Positions 62,775-64,000 of a stretch of DNA of 64,000 nt are shown piece by piece. The stretch is from Nymphaea colorata. Taxonomy: Eukaryota. The stretch spans positions 33,914,001 through 33,978,000 of the forward strand of contig NC_045138.2 in the NCBI RefSeq assembly GCF_008831285.2, written 5' to 3'. The notes below the pieces were generated by a model that saw only the letters and a list, made by a program, of their open reading frames with translations, did not search any database and was not told where the DNA came from. Made by a program: the position numbers and the translations under genes. Position 1 is the stretch's first letter. Every line of letters starts with the position of its first letter.

Positions 62775-63199
62775 CTGCAACAAGACACCACAAAGGGCAA
62801 GTGTTTAAGAAAAGAAAACGTTTTCTGGATGGATAGCATAAAAGTTAGATCAAATGTTTCTGCATATATATATACATGTTCAATCTTCTCTTCTAGTTTT
62901 CCCATTTTCAAAGAAGAAGAAAAATGGTAGCAAAAGCCAAAGTATTATGTAAAGATGCAGTTTTGGTAGTCCTTGTTGATTTAATGACATAGAAAAGCAA
63001 CAGTCGTACAGGTATGAGATACAATTTTGTCTGTTTCCTGAAATAACCTAGAAATGTTTAAGGTTCCACCATTTGACAAAGCACTTACTAGTTTTTTTTT
63101 TTTAATCTTTCAACAATTGAGAAATTTTTAACTTGCAGAACCTGTCTTGGTAGGACATGTTGGAAAAGAAGAGTATGGAAAATGGGAAGAGATGCCAGC

Positions 63200-63920
63200 A
63201 GCAATGAGTTTGATGGTTATTCCTTGATTGCTGGATGGCATAGGAAAGGGGCAATACAATTTCTAAGGAAGATAGTCAGTTCCATGACTTCCAGTATTCT
63301 GCACATCAGAGCCAAAGGATTGCAATACATGCATCTCTGCTGAATAAATGGGCATACAGCACTGATGAGGCAAGTAGGCAGGCCTCTTTCCACACCTTTA
63401 GAATGTGCTTTTTTTTCAGTATTGTGACTTTTTTGTTTGTATCCTCTTCCAACAGCAGCCATTGATGAGCTCTGGAAGACTGATTTATACGATTGAAAAA
63501 ATGACTTGGACCATGGACCAAGTTCAATATCTTTTGTGGAGGAAGATTTATTCTTCCTACAGCACTTTCGGAGTGGAGATAAACAGTTTCCTGTCTCCAG
63601 CAAAGATTTATCTGCCTGCTCTGCCAACAGATTGTTCTTGCTGCATCCAGGAATTGGTGGTTATGAAGAAAAAAAGCATCATGCCATCAACACAAAACAA
63701 ATACCACTCTAGTGAGATGGTGGCAAATCCTGCTCAACTGGGAAGTGGGATAGAAGTGTCCAGTGGAAGTAGTTGATATCAAATGATCAGCTAATACCAG
63801 AAACAATACTACGGTTGACAGTATGAAGGGCATGATAACGAAAACTATGTTAGAGACATTACTAGGAAATAGTGGGGGTAACAGGGATAGATAGAACTTC
63901 CAGTCTTCCAGCTTCAAGTA
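63200..63920 (-). mobile_element. Possible highly degenerate LINE (non-LTR) 3' remnant in the formin intron
   Basis: Fragmented frames give DHLISTTSTGHF, HQWLLL...T.LKKK...C...HLF...C...W, loosely resembling the zf-RVT region of plant L1 elements. Confidence 0.3.
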
Positions 63921-64000
63921 AAAGATAAAAAATACTGAGAATTACTAAAGCCCTTTTCCAGTTCAGAGCACACAATTTTTAACATATAACCTTTTAGACA

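Overview
Plant (angiosperm) nuclear DNA with spliceosomal GT-AG genes. In order: the 3' exons of a CRLK1-like receptor-like kinase (+), plastid ribosomal protein L24 (+), a DFR/ANR-like NAD(P)-dependent reductase (+), a C2H2 zinc-finger protein with an ADP-ribosyltransferase-like C-terminal domain (-), two tandem 7-exon TPS-b-type terpene synthases without transit peptides (-), a canonical histone H2A (+), and the last coding exon of a class I formin (-). The left TPS is broken and the right one is intact. Between them lies a nested pair of Ty1/Copia LTR retrotransposons. The inner element is intact with apparently identical 460-bp LTRs; the outer one is decayed, and its empty target site survives next to the other TPS copy. 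The tandem-duplication junction can be read at an 8-bp microhomology next to a relic H2A 3' end. I cannot establish a wholly new biological system here. The best leads are an orphan exon-like segment downstream of both TPS copies, a duplicated 'poison' splice acceptor in the reductase, the uncharacterised ART-fold zinc-finger protein and an unexplained 80-aa ORF. All alignments were done by eye. Arabidopsis comparisons and the possible water-lily-like origin come from recall and are unverified.
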